Shown: in pieces, positions 48,483-58,307 of the stretch | How the letters are laid out: every line of letters begins with the position of its first letter | Numbering within the stretch: the first letter of the stretch is position 1 | Origin: Patescibacteria group bacterium | GTDB lineage: Bacteria; Patescibacteriota; Microgenomatia; UBA10105; UBA927 | Direction: 5' to 3' | NCBI GenBank assembly: GCA_049322955.1 | Contig: JBMOPU010000012.1 | Coordinates: 788,791-852,790, forward strand | DNA length: 64,000 bases | Translations under genes and position numbers: made by a program | Notes under the pieces: generated by a model | Seen by the model: only the letters and a program-made list of their open reading frames with translations | Databases searched by the model: none | What the model was told of the DNA's origin: nothing

Positions 48483-49532
48483 CTAATCGTACCCTTTCAT
48501 AAGACGCCTGATCGTTTCAACGGTTCGCGGAATAATGTACAGGGGAGATAACGGAATATCCTGCGCATGAGAATATTCGACCACCCTGCCCCCGAATCCC
48601 TTTTTGAACAATGTTATTCCTCGCCATGGATGATTTGGGCTGTTTTCCGGTGCTATACCCCAAAAATTGTACACTTTCATTCCTCTTTTTTTGGCATCTT
48701 TGATTGCTTCCCACTGCAGAAGTGGCGACGCGGGTACTTTTGACTGTACCGATGCGCCATGGTGATATATCGCCTGATTGCCGTAATACAGGATAATCGC
48801 CGACGCCGTCGTTTTGCCTTCATATTTGCCCAAATACAGCAAGGCCTGTTTTGCTTTCGCAAACAGCGCAAATTCTTCCCGTATGCCAACATGCGGGACA
48901 AACCCGTGGCGGTTGCTTGTCGCTTCATAGAGCGAAAAAAATTCATGAAGATATTTGCCGTCCGTGGTCGTAAAGACCGCCACCCCTTCCTTTTGCCCGC
49001 GACGCACCTCATAACGGACCGTTTTTCGCATACCGGAGAGCAACTCTTCTTCCGATTTATCAAGATCCAATACCCAGCAATACTCCCCGTCCATCCGATG
49101 CATGGCGGCGGGTATCGTGCGCAGGCGGGAAAACAGTGATGCGGTTTCGGGGGAATTCGGCAGTAAGGGACTGATCCGTATGAAGACGCATCCTAACTTT
49201 TTTGCTTCTCGGGTCAGCAGTGCAAGGGATGCTTTCCACGTAGCAATGTCCTGTTTTTCAAAAACCGGACCGTGTCGCACATGCAAGAACTTTCCCCGTT
49301 TTGCGTTGACGAGCACGGCTTGCGCGACACCTACAAGTTTGTCACCCCGGTAAAATCCGTATCGCGACACGGCAATGTGGGCGTTTTTTTGTACTTCACC
49401 CCATAACCAGCTCTGAAAAAGCGCCTGAGGACTGTGTCGGAGGATAAACCATTCCCACGTGGCGCGATCTTCGACAATACGCATGAGGAGTTTCATATCG
49501 CTATTGTACGTGAAAGGATGATTCGACGCCAA
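48483..49532 (-). CDS. FemAB-family peptidoglycan aminoacyl/peptidyl transferase (FemX/MurM-like)
   Basis: FemAB domain features (YRGDKLVGVAQAV...GKTTASAIILYYGNQAIYHHGAS...). Possible alternative start at Met-13 (49496) avoiding overlap with the MBL gene. Confidence 0.7.
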   Translation of the reverse strand: MASNHPFTYNSDMKLLMRIVEDRATWEWFILRHSPQALFQSWLWGEVQKNAHIAVSRYGFYRGDKLVGVAQAVLVNAKRGKFLHVRHGPVFEKQDIATWKASLALLTREAKKLGCVFIRISPLLPNSPETASLFSRLRTIPAAMHRMDGEYCWVLDLDKSEEELLSGMRKTVRYEVRRGQKEGVAVFTTTDGKYLHEFFSLYEATSNRHGFVPHVGIREEFALFAKAKQALLYLGKYEGKTTASAIILYYGNQAIYHHGASVQSKVPASPLLQWEAIKDAKKRGMKVYNFWGIAPENSPNHPWRGITLFKKGFGGRVVEYSHAQDIPLSPLYIIPRTVETIRRLMKGYD

Positions 49533-50133
49533 TCGTCGTCATTTCACCGTGTCCGCAATACAGCATGGTACGCCCGGGGAGTTTCATCACCCGCGCTATT
49601 GACCTGACTAGCTCGGTCCTGCTCGCATACTCATGATCCGTCCGTCCCACCCCGCCGCCCGAAAAAAGTAAATCCCCGCAAAAGAGCGTATTTTCCGCCT
49701 TGTCATGGAGGCATATGCTTCCCGGGGTATGTCCCGGCGTTTCCATGACCGTCAGCTCGTGGGTACCGACGTGCAGGATGTCTCCTTCCGTAAGATACCG
49801 ACTCACCAAAGGGGCAGGATCGGATGCAACACCCAAAAAATGTCTCGCAGTCTGCGGCATTCTGGCAACCAGAAATTCATCGTTTTTATGGATTGCAAAC
49901 GGAATACCAAACCCCGCCGTCACGGCAAACGCACCCATGATGTGGTCAAAGTGACCGTGGGTTGCAACCACAAGAGACGGCGTAATTTTCTCACGAAGCA
50001 ACGTGTCGCTTATATACTCGGCATCATCCCCCGGATCCACGACGATCCCCTCGCCCGTATCACGATCGGCGAGAATATAACAATTGGTAGCCATTTGACC
50101 GACGGTAAGCGAAATGATTTTGAGCTGATGCAT
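49501..50133 (-). CDS. MBL-fold metallo-hydrolase (glyoxalase II-like)
   Basis: ATHGHFDHIMG (HxHxDH), downstream PGHTPGS and GH motifs. Confidence 0.8.
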   Translation of the reverse strand: MHQLKIISLTVGQMATNCYILADRDTGEGIVVDPGDDAEYISDTLLREKITPSLVVATHGHFDHIMGAFAVTAGFGIPFAIHKNDEFLVARMPQTARHFLGVASDPAPLVSRYLTEGDILHVGTHELTVMETPGHTPGSICLHDKAENTLFCGDLLFSGGGVGRTDHEYASRTELVRSIARVMKLPGRTMLYCGHGEMTTIGVESSFHVQ

Positions 50134-50135
50134 GG

Positions 50136-51104
50136 TTAGTCGGCAAATATTTGCGTGAACATTTTGCCGTATATGCCTCCGTCAATGACGCCGATACCGA
50201 TCCGACCGAACCGGGGTTCCAAAATATTTGCCCGATGTCCAGGGCTGTTCATGAGGCCGTCGTGCGCGCTCGTGAGATCGGGAGCGTAGGCCAAATTTTC
50301 CCCTACCACGGTGTAGGAGATCTTTGCCGCATCCATCCGATCGGCCGCGTTTTTTCCGTCGGGATCATAATGCGAAAAATATCGACGCTCGAACATATCC
50401 CGACTTTTTCCTCGGGCAACCGTGCTTATTGAAGGATCCAGGGTAAGCGGTGCAAGGCCTTTCTGCACCCGTTCTTTGTTGACGAGATCGACCATCCCCG
50501 ATTCTGCGGTGCTATCGGTAGTATAGACGATGCCGCGAGCCGGAATATCAAGCGGTATTTGCTGTTTTGAACCCGGCTCCACCGTAAGGAAGGTGACGGC
50601 CTTTTTTGCGGCCTGCGAAATCGATGAGGTAATATCACCCGCATAACGCTGTGCAATCCGTATCAATGCGCTCCCTATGAAGGATGCGTTAATATCCTGT
50701 TTTATTGTGCCCCGTAGCGGAAGGGCAAGAATCAAAAGCAGGAAAAAAGTAACCAGAATGCACCCGTTAACCGCGGAAAGAAACGCGCCGATAATCTGAT
50801 TGATTTTTGACGCATGGAGTTTGTCGGGCAATCTATTGATTCCGAACAGCAATACTTCTTCAATGACAAGCTGAGCGATGAGGGCAACACCCGCATACCC
50901 CACAACCGAAGTCCAAGCGGGAGTAATACCGAATTTTTCGCCGAGAAAAGTTCCGACGACGCCCTGATAGCGTATGGCAAGCCAAAGGGAACCGATGAAC
51001 GAAAATAAATTGGCGATAAGCGTCAGACTGCCGCGAATCCACCCTTCATACAAGTGATACAGGATAACAATGACGATGATAGCGTCTATCCAATAAAGTT
51101 GCAT
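50136..51104 (-). CDS. CvpA-family membrane protein fused to C-terminal CAP (SCP/PR-1, YkwD-like) domain
   Basis: N-terminal 4-TM CvpA-like region (MQLYWIDAIIVIVILY...); C-terminal ~120 aa with CAP motifs (HYDPDGKNA...GENLAY...MNSPGHRANIL). Confidence 0.6.
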   Translation of the reverse strand: MQLYWIDAIIVIVILYHLYEGWIRGSLTLIANLFSFIGSLWLAIRYQGVVGTFLGEKFGITPAWTSVVGYAGVALIAQLVIEEVLLFGINRLPDKLHASKINQIIGAFLSAVNGCILVTFFLLLILALPLRGTIKQDINASFIGSALIRIAQRYAGDITSSISQAAKKAVTFLTVEPGSKQQIPLDIPARGIVYTTDSTAESGMVDLVNKERVQKGLAPLTLDPSISTVARGKSRDMFERRYFSHYDPDGKNAADRMDAAKISYTVVGENLAYAPDLTSAHDGLMNSPGHRANILEPRFGRIGIGVIDGGIYGKMFTQIFAD

Positions 51105-51107
51105 TGG

Positions 51108-52349
51108 TTAGCGAAGTTTCCGGACAAGCGAAACGACTGCGTTGGCATCCTTCCCGCTTATCAGGGTGGGAAGATTGACTACTCTTGATGCGGCGGATTC
51201 CGCAACGGGACAACTTCCCTTTTTATAGCCGATACTGATAAATGCAACACCCCGGGGATCGATAATATTATTATACCAATTTCCCAAAAGCACCCCCTGT
51301 TTTTTCGCTTTCGACCTCATACGTTCCGGGTTAGCCACTTCAATGGTATATCGTAAAGGGGCACTGCCATTTGTCAGTTTGGGCAGGGTGATACCGGGCA
51401 GAGTAGCAAGCGATTCGGCGTAATATGACGCAATCGATTGGCGCATCTTCGTGTAGCGGGTAAGTTTTTTCAGTTGTCCGATAAGCAAATAGGCAAGCGC
51501 CTCGGGATATTTTGCCGGAAACAACAACGGTTTGCCCCCTGTTTTTTCCGTCGCAAACACCGGAAACGATAACAACCGCATTCGTTGCATAAGAAATAAA
51601 AGCAGTTTTCCTATGCCAAGTCGGTACATCGGCAGAATGAGCGCAAAGAGTATCGGATGTAAAAGTTGCTGGGCAATCCAACCGGCGTTTGGTTGCGGTA
51701 CGCGTTCGTGATAGCGGGAAAGCGCATCCACCGCTTTTTTGTGTCTGGCGCGGATAACCGCCGCTCCTCCCCACACGCTGGAAAGCGATTTATCACGACC
51801 GAAACTGAAAAAAGCCGCATCACCCAAGGTGCCCAAGGGCGTATCGTTGCATCGTGATCCCAGCGCATGGGCACAATCCTCGATAAGCAGAAGATTATGC
51901 TTTTTGGCGATGACAAGAAGCGAGTCCATATCGGCAGGGACACCGAACGTATGTTGCACGATAATCGCTTTTGTTTTTCGGCTGACGCATTTTTCTACCG
52001 ATCGCGGTGCGCTATTGTAGGTCCCGTCGATATCCGCATAGACGGGGGTCGCCCCCGCCCACAGCACGCCGTTGGGAACGGCGACACACGTGAATGCCTG
52101 TACGATCACCTCGTCTCCTTCTCCTATACCGAAACTCTTGAGGATTACAAACAGCGCACTGCGTCCGCTATTGAAAAAAAATGGACGATCCCCGTTCCCC
52201 AAATATTCGGCAAACCAACGGGTAACCTCGGCGAGACTTCCTCCCCGTTGCCACCGCCACGGCGTCAAAAACATACCGAATGCGCGCAGGACATCATCCC
52301 CTTCGGTATTGGGAGACAACGAGGCTGATATGACGCGAGCAATACCCAT
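51108..52349 (-). CDS. DegT/DnrJ/EryC1/StrS-family PLP-dependent sugar aminotransferase
   Basis: SGRSALFVILKSFGIGEGDEVIVQAFTCVAVPNGVLWAGATPVYADID and FSFGRDKSLS (Lys for PLP) typical of DegT family. Confidence 0.8.
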   Translation of the reverse strand: MGIARVISASLSPNTEGDDVLRAFGMFLTPWRWQRGGSLAEVTRWFAEYLGNGDRPFFFNSGRSALFVILKSFGIGEGDEVIVQAFTCVAVPNGVLWAGATPVYADIDGTYNSAPRSVEKCVSRKTKAIIVQHTFGVPADMDSLLVIAKKHNLLLIEDCAHALGSRCNDTPLGTLGDAAFFSFGRDKSLSSVWGGAAVIRARHKKAVDALSRYHERVPQPNAGWIAQQLLHPILFALILPMYRLGIGKLLLFLMQRMRLLSFPVFATEKTGGKPLLFPAKYPEALAYLLIGQLKKLTRYTKMRQSIASYYAESLATLPGITLPKLTNGSAPLRYTIEVANPERMRSKAKKQGVLLGNWYNNIIDPRGVAFISIGYKKGSCPVAESAASRVVNLPTLISGKDANAVVSLVRKLR

Positions 52350-52354
52350 AGCGG

Positions 52355-53953
52355 TTATACAAGCAGATGCAATGCGTGTTCGGCATCTTTTCCCTTAAAA
52401 AGCACGACATCGCCTTTCCGCACCGTATCACGAATATACGTGGCAATCGGTGACGGAGGACGGATATATACGGGACATTTCGGAGAAACTTTTTTGACGC
52501 CTTTGATAAACGATTCGGAAAAATTACCGTTTGTCAGGAAGATGACATCGCAATGCTTTGCGGCAACCTCTCCCACCGCCTCATGTGAACTCTGTGCATA
52601 TGCGCCCAACTCTACCATCGGTTGAAACACCATAATGCGTTTTCCATTTTGATCGCCCAGAAAACGAATCGCCGCCATGGCCGCATCGGGATTGTTATTG
52701 AACGTATCATCGATAAATATGCTTCCGTTCACTCCGGGTCGAACCCGCATGACTTTTTCGGCGGGACTGACCGTACTTGCCGCTTTTGCCGCAGACCGAA
52801 AATCCATCCCGACTGCCACCGCTCCCGCAATCGCCGCCAAAATGTTTCCCGCCTGGTGCACCCCTACGACGGGTGCGTGGACGGATATTTTTTGTGACTT
52901 GTACCTGCATTCAAAGCGAACGCCGGTGATATCCGAACGGATATTGTCGCCGTAAAATATTTCGTCGGCGAGCACGGCGTGATTTTTATGAGGCTCCCGT
53001 ACCGTCCATCCCCAGACGACACATCCGTCGCGTCGTGCCCACTGTGCCATGGTGCATACCCTATGGTCATCCAAGTTAACTATCACGACGCGCTTCCCGA
53101 CCAACCCTTGTACCAGTTCATATTTGGCCTGCATCGTTGTTTCGATGGAACCGAATAAATCCTGGTGTTGGGGATTGATGGCCGTGAGTATGCCGACTTC
53201 CGGATGAACCATGGCGGCCATTTCCCCTATTTCCCCCGGTCGGTATGCTCCCATTTCCACCACAAATACCTCATCATCGGCCGAAAGTTTCCGCAGGAGC
53301 AATTCAGCAATTCCTATCGGCGAATTTTTGCTCGCTTCGGTTTTTATCGTCTTATGCCCCGTGGCAAGAATTGCCGAGACATATTCTTTGACGGAGGTCT
53401 TTCCGTAACTGCCCGTGATGCCTATGACCGCCATTTTTTTGTGTCTGGAAAGTACTCCTATGGCCTGGCGAATTTTTATACGGTGGTATATCCGCGTCGG
53501 TATGGTCAGAAGTACGACGATAATCGTACTCACGGGAAACAGCAAAAGATCGGTGATCGCAAGAGAAACGATCCACGGAAACGGCATAACAAACGGAGCG
53601 ATAATGAACGTTCCAACGAGGACCCCCCCCAACAGGATAACTTTCGGGGAAACGGGCGGCAGATGCCAATTCCTTATACTTCGTACGTACATCCCTCCCA
53701 CGACCGCATAAAAAACCGCCAACAACGCTATCGAAATGTCCCGCAGACCGGGAACCGATGCGAGCATAAGGAGGAATATCGCAAGAAGGTGCGTTTTGGC
53801 AAAAAGCAATGTCTTGCCCTGTGCCGTCCCCATGTGAATGCGCATCCTATCGATACGGTATTCTTTGCGCCACCATAAAAAGAGCAAGCCGGCAATCTTG
53901 TGACCTGCTCGGGCGGCAAAACCGATACCTCCCAATGTTACAAGTAGTTCCAT
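52355..53953 (-). CDS. murF: UDP-MurNAc-tripeptide--D-Ala-D-Ala ligase MurF with N-terminal multi-TM extension
   Basis: P-loop IGITGSYGKTS, and MurF-type C-terminal DDTFNNNPDA (DDSYNANP-like). N-terminal ~170 aa contain 3-4 hydrophobic helices instead of the usual soluble domain 1. Start placed at MELLVT (53953); longest ORF begins 54007 and would overlap the upstream hydrolase gene. Confidence 0.8.
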   Translation of the reverse strand: MELLVTLGGIGFAARAGHKIAGLLFLWWRKEYRIDRMRIHMGTAQGKTLLFAKTHLLAIFLLMLASVPGLRDISIALLAVFYAVVGGMYVRSIRNWHLPPVSPKVILLGGVLVGTFIIAPFVMPFPWIVSLAITDLLLFPVSTIIVVLLTIPTRIYHRIKIRQAIGVLSRHKKMAVIGITGSYGKTSVKEYVSAILATGHKTIKTEASKNSPIGIAELLLRKLSADDEVFVVEMGAYRPGEIGEMAAMVHPEVGILTAINPQHQDLFGSIETTMQAKYELVQGLVGKRVVIVNLDDHRVCTMAQWARRDGCVVWGWTVREPHKNHAVLADEIFYGDNIRSDITGVRFECRYKSQKISVHAPVVGVHQAGNILAAIAGAVAVGMDFRSAAKAASTVSPAEKVMRVRPGVNGSIFIDDTFNNNPDAAMAAIRFLGDQNGKRIMVFQPMVELGAYAQSSHEAVGEVAAKHCDVIFLTNGNFSESFIKGVKKVSPKCPVYIRPPSPIATYIRDTVRKGDVVLFKGKDAEHALHLLV

Positions 53954-53954
53954 A

Positions 53955-54671
53955 TCACGTTTGCAAAAATGCCATGACGCGAGCGGCAAATTCCGCGGGG
54001 TGTTCAAACGGAACGGCGTGGGTCATTTCCGGCATGATGATGAGCCGGGAGCCTTGAATGGTATCGCGCATTCGTTCCGCAACTGAAACGGGGACAATCG
54101 TGTCGTTTTGTCCCCACACCAGGAGGCAGGGTACGGCAACCGATCGCATGGCCGTCGATAAGTCATCCGCCACGATATATTTAAACGTTTGTCGCATCGC
54201 GCCTTCGGCGCGTAAAAATTCTCTGGCACCGGCAATGTAGTACAACCATTTACGGGCACCGTCCGCGATATGCCGTAACCCCGGGAGCTGAAAAATAATT
54301 CCCCCGATTTTCGAAATAATCAGGAAAAAACGCAGTTTTTTTGAAGGGATAGGACTGTAACCCGGCGTACCCGTCAACACGATTTTTTTGACTCGTGAAG
54401 GATACAGCTCGGCGTATTTCAACGAAACTCTCCCGCCGAATGAATGGCCGACGAGAATGGGATTTTTTATCGTATGTTTTGTAATATACCGATGAAGAAA
54501 TTCCGCATAATCCGAAACATGCCAGGCGACATCGGGGGCTTTTTCATCTCCGAATCCCGGCATATCCGGGGCAAAGACGCGGAATCCCGCCTTACGAAAT
54601 CTGTCGGCAAGGGCAGGAAATCGCTTCCCCGAAAGGTTCCAGCCGTGAAGAATAATAAGATCCTGTTTCAT
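53955..54671 (-). CDS. Alpha/beta-fold hydrolase
   Basis: GHSFGG nucleophile elbow, HGW...G oxyanion region, C-terminal His; 238 aa. Confidence 0.7.
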   Translation of the reverse strand: MKQDLIILHGWNLSGKRFPALADRFRKAGFRVFAPDMPGFGDEKAPDVAWHVSDYAEFLHRYITKHTIKNPILVGHSFGGRVSLKYAELYPSRVKKIVLTGTPGYSPIPSKKLRFFLIISKIGGIIFQLPGLRHIADGARKWLYYIAGAREFLRAEGAMRQTFKYIVADDLSTAMRSVAVPCLLVWGQNDTIVPVSVAERMRDTIQGSRLIIMPEMTHAVPFEHPAEFAARVMAFLQT

Positions 54672-54677
54672 AGGGCG

Positions 54678-55988
54678 TCAGATTTTTGCTTTATATTTGT
54701 CCCGGTTATTCGTACCCACTGCACGGGTATTTTTTTTGACGACGAGGGTGCTTTTTCCGGTACAAAACGAATCGGCGGGAATATCGGCATCAAGCAAAAT
54801 GCCCGCTCCTATCAGGGAATTTGCACCTATTTTGACACCGGGCATAACACTCGCATTTACCCCTATGCGTACCCCTCTGGCTATCATGGCACCCAATTTT
54901 GTTTTTTTGGTATTTATTTTTTGTTCTCCGACAACGGAGTGTATTTCCCCTTCATCGAGCCGCAGGTTGGCAAGCACCGATCCCGAACCCATACTGACAT
55001 CGCCTTCAAGAACACTGTCGCCGACATAGTTACTGTGGAACCAGCAGTTGTCGCCGATATAGCTTCTCGTGATATCGGTGTTAAACCCGGTAACGCAATT
55101 TTCACCGATAATGCTGTCTCGAATGATATTATTATTGCCCACGATCGTGTTGTCTCCGATATACACCGGCCCCACGATCTTCGTGTTTTCAAAAATCTTC
55201 ACGTTATTCCCCAAATATACGGGGCCTTCAATACTTACGTTGTTTCGTATTTCCACTCGCTTTCCCCGACCGGCAACCAATCGGTGGGTGAGTAAATACT
55301 CGGTCATATCCAGTACATGCCAGGGATATTTTAGCGAAACAAACTCACGCTCATAGGGCACCATCACGAATCGATCCTTTGCCATAAGCGCGGTGAGGGC
55401 ATGCTCGTACCTATCGTCGGTTTGCTCCGGAGCAGATTCGATGGCGGCAATCAGACTGTCGGCGTCGGCGATATATTGTCCGCCGAAGTACACGTACTCG
55501 CTCGGCGTCTTACCCTCACCGGGTTTTTCTTTGATACCCACAGGTCTCCCCTCACGAAACACCAGATATCCCCCGGGGAAATACTGCTTCGGTTTCCAAC
55601 CTACGATAACGCCGGATACGTCCGGTCTGACACTTTGTAACACCGTATCAATGAGGCGATCATCCGCCACATCGTCTCCGATGACGACGAGGATTGCTTT
55701 CTTCCGAAGTTCGTTTTTTGCGGCAAGAAGCGCTCCTGCCATACCGGTTGCTTCTTTTTGCACAACCACGGTGTGCGGCACGGGGAAATGCATTGCTTCA
55801 AACGTTTCAAGGTTACGCTCGCTTACCACAAGTACGAGACGAACCACTTCAGGCGGTAATTTGTTCGGCAGGGCATAATCGATGACTTTTTTTCCGAGAA
55901 ACGGGAAGAGGGTTTTGTCGGTACGAAACGGCGCAAACCGCTTGCCGATACCCGCCGTGAGTACCACCATCGTAACATCGCGTTTCAT
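54678..55988 (-). CDS. GlmU-like bifunctional protein: sugar-1-phosphate nucleotidyltransferase + left-handed beta-helix (hexapeptide) domain
   Basis: N-terminal MVVLTAGIGKRF (NTP_transferase G-loop), C-terminal tandem hexapeptide repeats (IGDNTIVGNNNIIRDSIIGENCV...). Confidence 0.6.
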   Translation of the reverse strand: MKRDVTMVVLTAGIGKRFAPFRTDKTLFPFLGKKVIDYALPNKLPPEVVRLVLVVSERNLETFEAMHFPVPHTVVVQKEATGMAGALLAAKNELRKKAILVVIGDDVADDRLIDTVLQSVRPDVSGVIVGWKPKQYFPGGYLVFREGRPVGIKEKPGEGKTPSEYVYFGGQYIADADSLIAAIESAPEQTDDRYEHALTALMAKDRFVMVPYEREFVSLKYPWHVLDMTEYLLTHRLVAGRGKRVEIRNNVSIEGPVYLGNNVKIFENTKIVGPVYIGDNTIVGNNNIIRDSIIGENCVTGFNTDITRSYIGDNCWFHSNYVGDSVLEGDVSMGSGSVLANLRLDEGEIHSVVGEQKINTKKTKLGAMIARGVRIGVNASVMPGVKIGANSLIGAGILLDADIPADSFCTGKSTLVVKKNTRAVGTNNRDKYKAKI

Positions 55989-57325
55989 GGCAACTGCTCC
56001 TTTTTCCGGCTGATGGTCGCACCTACGGAACTCAACCGGCCTTCAAGGTCTTCATAACCGCGATCGATAAGATCAACGTTGTGGATATAGCTTTCGCCCG
56101 AAGCGACAAGCGCCGCAAGAACAAGCGACGCCCCCGCCCGGATATCATCGGCTGAAAGCACGGCGTTATGAAGCGTCGACTTTCCGTGAATTCGTATGCC
56201 CTGATGATACCCTTCTTTCCGGTCTTCCCAATTGAAGTTATAAAAATCGGGAGGATTTTTCACCTCGGGGTCGTAAAAGGTTATATCGGCACCCATTTTC
56301 ATAAGCTCTCCCACATATGAAAATCTGCTTTCAAACACCGTTTCGTGAATCGTCGAGGTACCTTCAGCCTGCGTCATAAATACCGCCCACGGCGCCTGCC
56401 AATCGGTCATAAATCCCGGATGCGGGAGCGTAACGATGTCCGTCCCCGTAAGGCGGCCGCCGCTTCTGTACCGGGTGCTCGTTTCATCTATCGGCTCATA
56501 CACCCCGCCCGCCTGTGCAAATACGGACAAAAATGAGGAAAGGTGTTTTCGTTGGGATCCGGTGACGATAAGATCTCCTCCCGTAATAGCCGCCGCGATG
56601 GCAAACGTTACCTCTTCATTTCGGTCAGGCATGATGGTGTACTCGACGCCGTGCAGTTTATCCACTCCCTCGATGACAATGGTTCGGGGAGTCGTGCGCC
56701 GAATGTTTGCACCCATAAGGTTAAGACAGTCGATGAGGTCATCGACTTCCACTTCTTCCGCGGCATTTTCTATGACGGTTTGTCCTTTTGCAAGCACCGC
56801 GGCCAATATGATAGTTTCGGTGCCGGTGTGCGTATTTTTCGGGAATGTCACGGTAGCACCGTGAAGCCCTGTAGCCGTTGCATGAAAAAATCCGTCTTCC
56901 GAATTGTAGTCAATGACGGCTCCCATATCCCGAAGTCCCACTATATGGCGGTCAATCGGACGCGCGCCCAACCTGCATCCGCCGGGATTGGGAACATGTG
57001 CTTTGCCGTATCGTGCAAGAAGCGGACCCAATACCATCGAAGAGGTCCGAAGCCGTGCGCCGATATCAAGAGGAACAAGCGGTTCACTCGCCATGGTACC
57101 GTTTTTTATGACCAAATCATGCCGGGTAAATACGGCGGAAACCCCCAAACTCTTCAGGACTTCGATAAGGGAAAACACGTCCTTAAGATGCGGGACGTTG
57201 TGAATAATGATTTCCTCGTCGGTGAGGAGGGATGCGATAAGGATCTTCAAGGCGACATTTTTTGCGCCCTCAACATGAATCGTACCGGTTAGCGGATTGC
57301 CGCCTTTGATGATAAACGTATCCAT
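55985..57325 (-). CDS. murA: UDP-N-acetylglucosamine 1-carboxyvinyltransferase MurA
   Basis: EPT family; active-site Cys region (NPGGCRLGARPID), 446 aa. Confidence 0.95.
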   Translation of the reverse strand: MDTFIIKGGNPLTGTIHVEGAKNVALKILIASLLTDEEIIIHNVPHLKDVFSLIEVLKSLGVSAVFTRHDLVIKNGTMASEPLVPLDIGARLRTSSMVLGPLLARYGKAHVPNPGGCRLGARPIDRHIVGLRDMGAVIDYNSEDGFFHATATGLHGATVTFPKNTHTGTETIILAAVLAKGQTVIENAAEEVEVDDLIDCLNLMGANIRRTTPRTIVIEGVDKLHGVEYTIMPDRNEEVTFAIAAAITGGDLIVTGSQRKHLSSFLSVFAQAGGVYEPIDETSTRYRSGGRLTGTDIVTLPHPGFMTDWQAPWAVFMTQAEGTSTIHETVFESRFSYVGELMKMGADITFYDPEVKNPPDFYNFNWEDRKEGYHQGIRIHGKSTLHNAVLSADDIRAGASLVLAALVASGESYIHNVDLIDRGYEDLEGRLSSVGATISRKKEQLP

Positions 57326-57326
57326 A

Positions 57327-58307
57327 TCAGAATTCTCCCACCCGTATAATCTCTTCTTCGAGACTCACGCCGAATTTTTCCTTCACGGCTGTTCTTGCCG
57401 CCTCGATTAATTCTACCACGTCGACTGCCGTTGCATTTTTTCTGTTGATGATAAAGTTTGCATGCACCGGCGAAATTTCCGCGTCTCCGATCACTTTTCC
57501 TTTCATCCCCGCGTGATCGACCAAAAAGCCCGCCGATGTCGTGTAGTTGGGGGTTGCGGCGGTAAGTGCCGATGCTTTGGAAATGTTTTTGAACGTACAT
57601 CCCGCGGAAAATACCCCCTGGGGCTGTGTTTCCCTGCGATACCCGATGCTTTCGTTTGCTACCTGCCACAGTCGGTCTTTTTCATCCTGGACAAGGGCAA
57701 AGGTGACCGAAACGACGATATCACCCGTTTTTTGCAGGGCGCTATAGTCGTATGCAAAGTCGAAGTAATCCCGCGATACGATCTTGCGTTCCCCTTCCGG
57801 AGTGAGGAGTTCCGCCTGATACACCACGTCTCCCACGTAGCCTACCGGTTTCGTCCATTTGGAATTCATAAACGTCGCCCCTCCCACGCTCCCGGGAAGA
57901 CCCAGTTGCATCTCAAGCCCCGATAATCCTTCTTCTATCGTAAATCGCACCAGCTTGTTCATCGAAACTCCCGCATCCGCCTCGACAAAGACCGTTTTTT
58001 TCTTTGCTCCCTGTTCCACTGACCCACGGATCCCCCTGATCGTAATTGCCTGTGATGAATTTTTTATGACAATCCCCCGTATACCGCGATCTCCGATGAG
58101 AATGTTTGTCCCGCCGCCCATGACAAAAAGCGGCAACCCCGTTGCCCTGGCAAGGGATACTGCCGTAATAAATTCTTCTTTGGTTTTTGCCTCATAAAAG
58201 TAATCGGCCGGCCCGCCGATTTTGAAGGTGGTGTAGCGGGCAAGCGGCTCCTGTTCTTTCACTTTCGGAGCGAGTCGGCTTAAAAACTCATACAGTCTGT
58301 CCGTCAT
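57327..58307 (-). CDS. murB: UDP-N-acetylenolpyruvoylglucosamine reductase MurB
   Basis: FAD-binding domain (YTTFKIGGPADYF...MGGGTNIL) and MurB C-terminal domain. Start set at MTDRLYEF (58307) to avoid overlapping murC. Confidence 0.85.
   Translation of the reverse strand: MTDRLYEFLSRLAPKVKEQEPLARYTTFKIGGPADYFYEAKTKEEFITAVSLARATGLPLFVMGGGTNILIGDRGIRGIVIKNSSQAITIRGIRGSVEQGAKKKTVFVEADAGVSMNKLVRFTIEEGLSGLEMQLGLPGSVGGATFMNSKWTKPVGYVGDVVYQAELLTPEGERKIVSRDYFDFAYDYSALQKTGDIVVSVTFALVQDEKDRLWQVANESIGYRRETQPQGVFSAGCTFKNISKASALTAATPNYTTSAGFLVDHAGMKGKVIGDAEISPVHANFIINRKNATAVDVVELIEAARTAVKEKFGVSLEEEIIRVGEF

Noticed and set aside
53165-53878. 237-aa + strand ORF inside murF
   Set aside because: Antisense to murF; Arg/His-rich nonsense-like translation.
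56543-57292. 249-aa + strand ORF inside murA
   Set aside because: Antisense to murA; no domain; murA identity is unambiguous.
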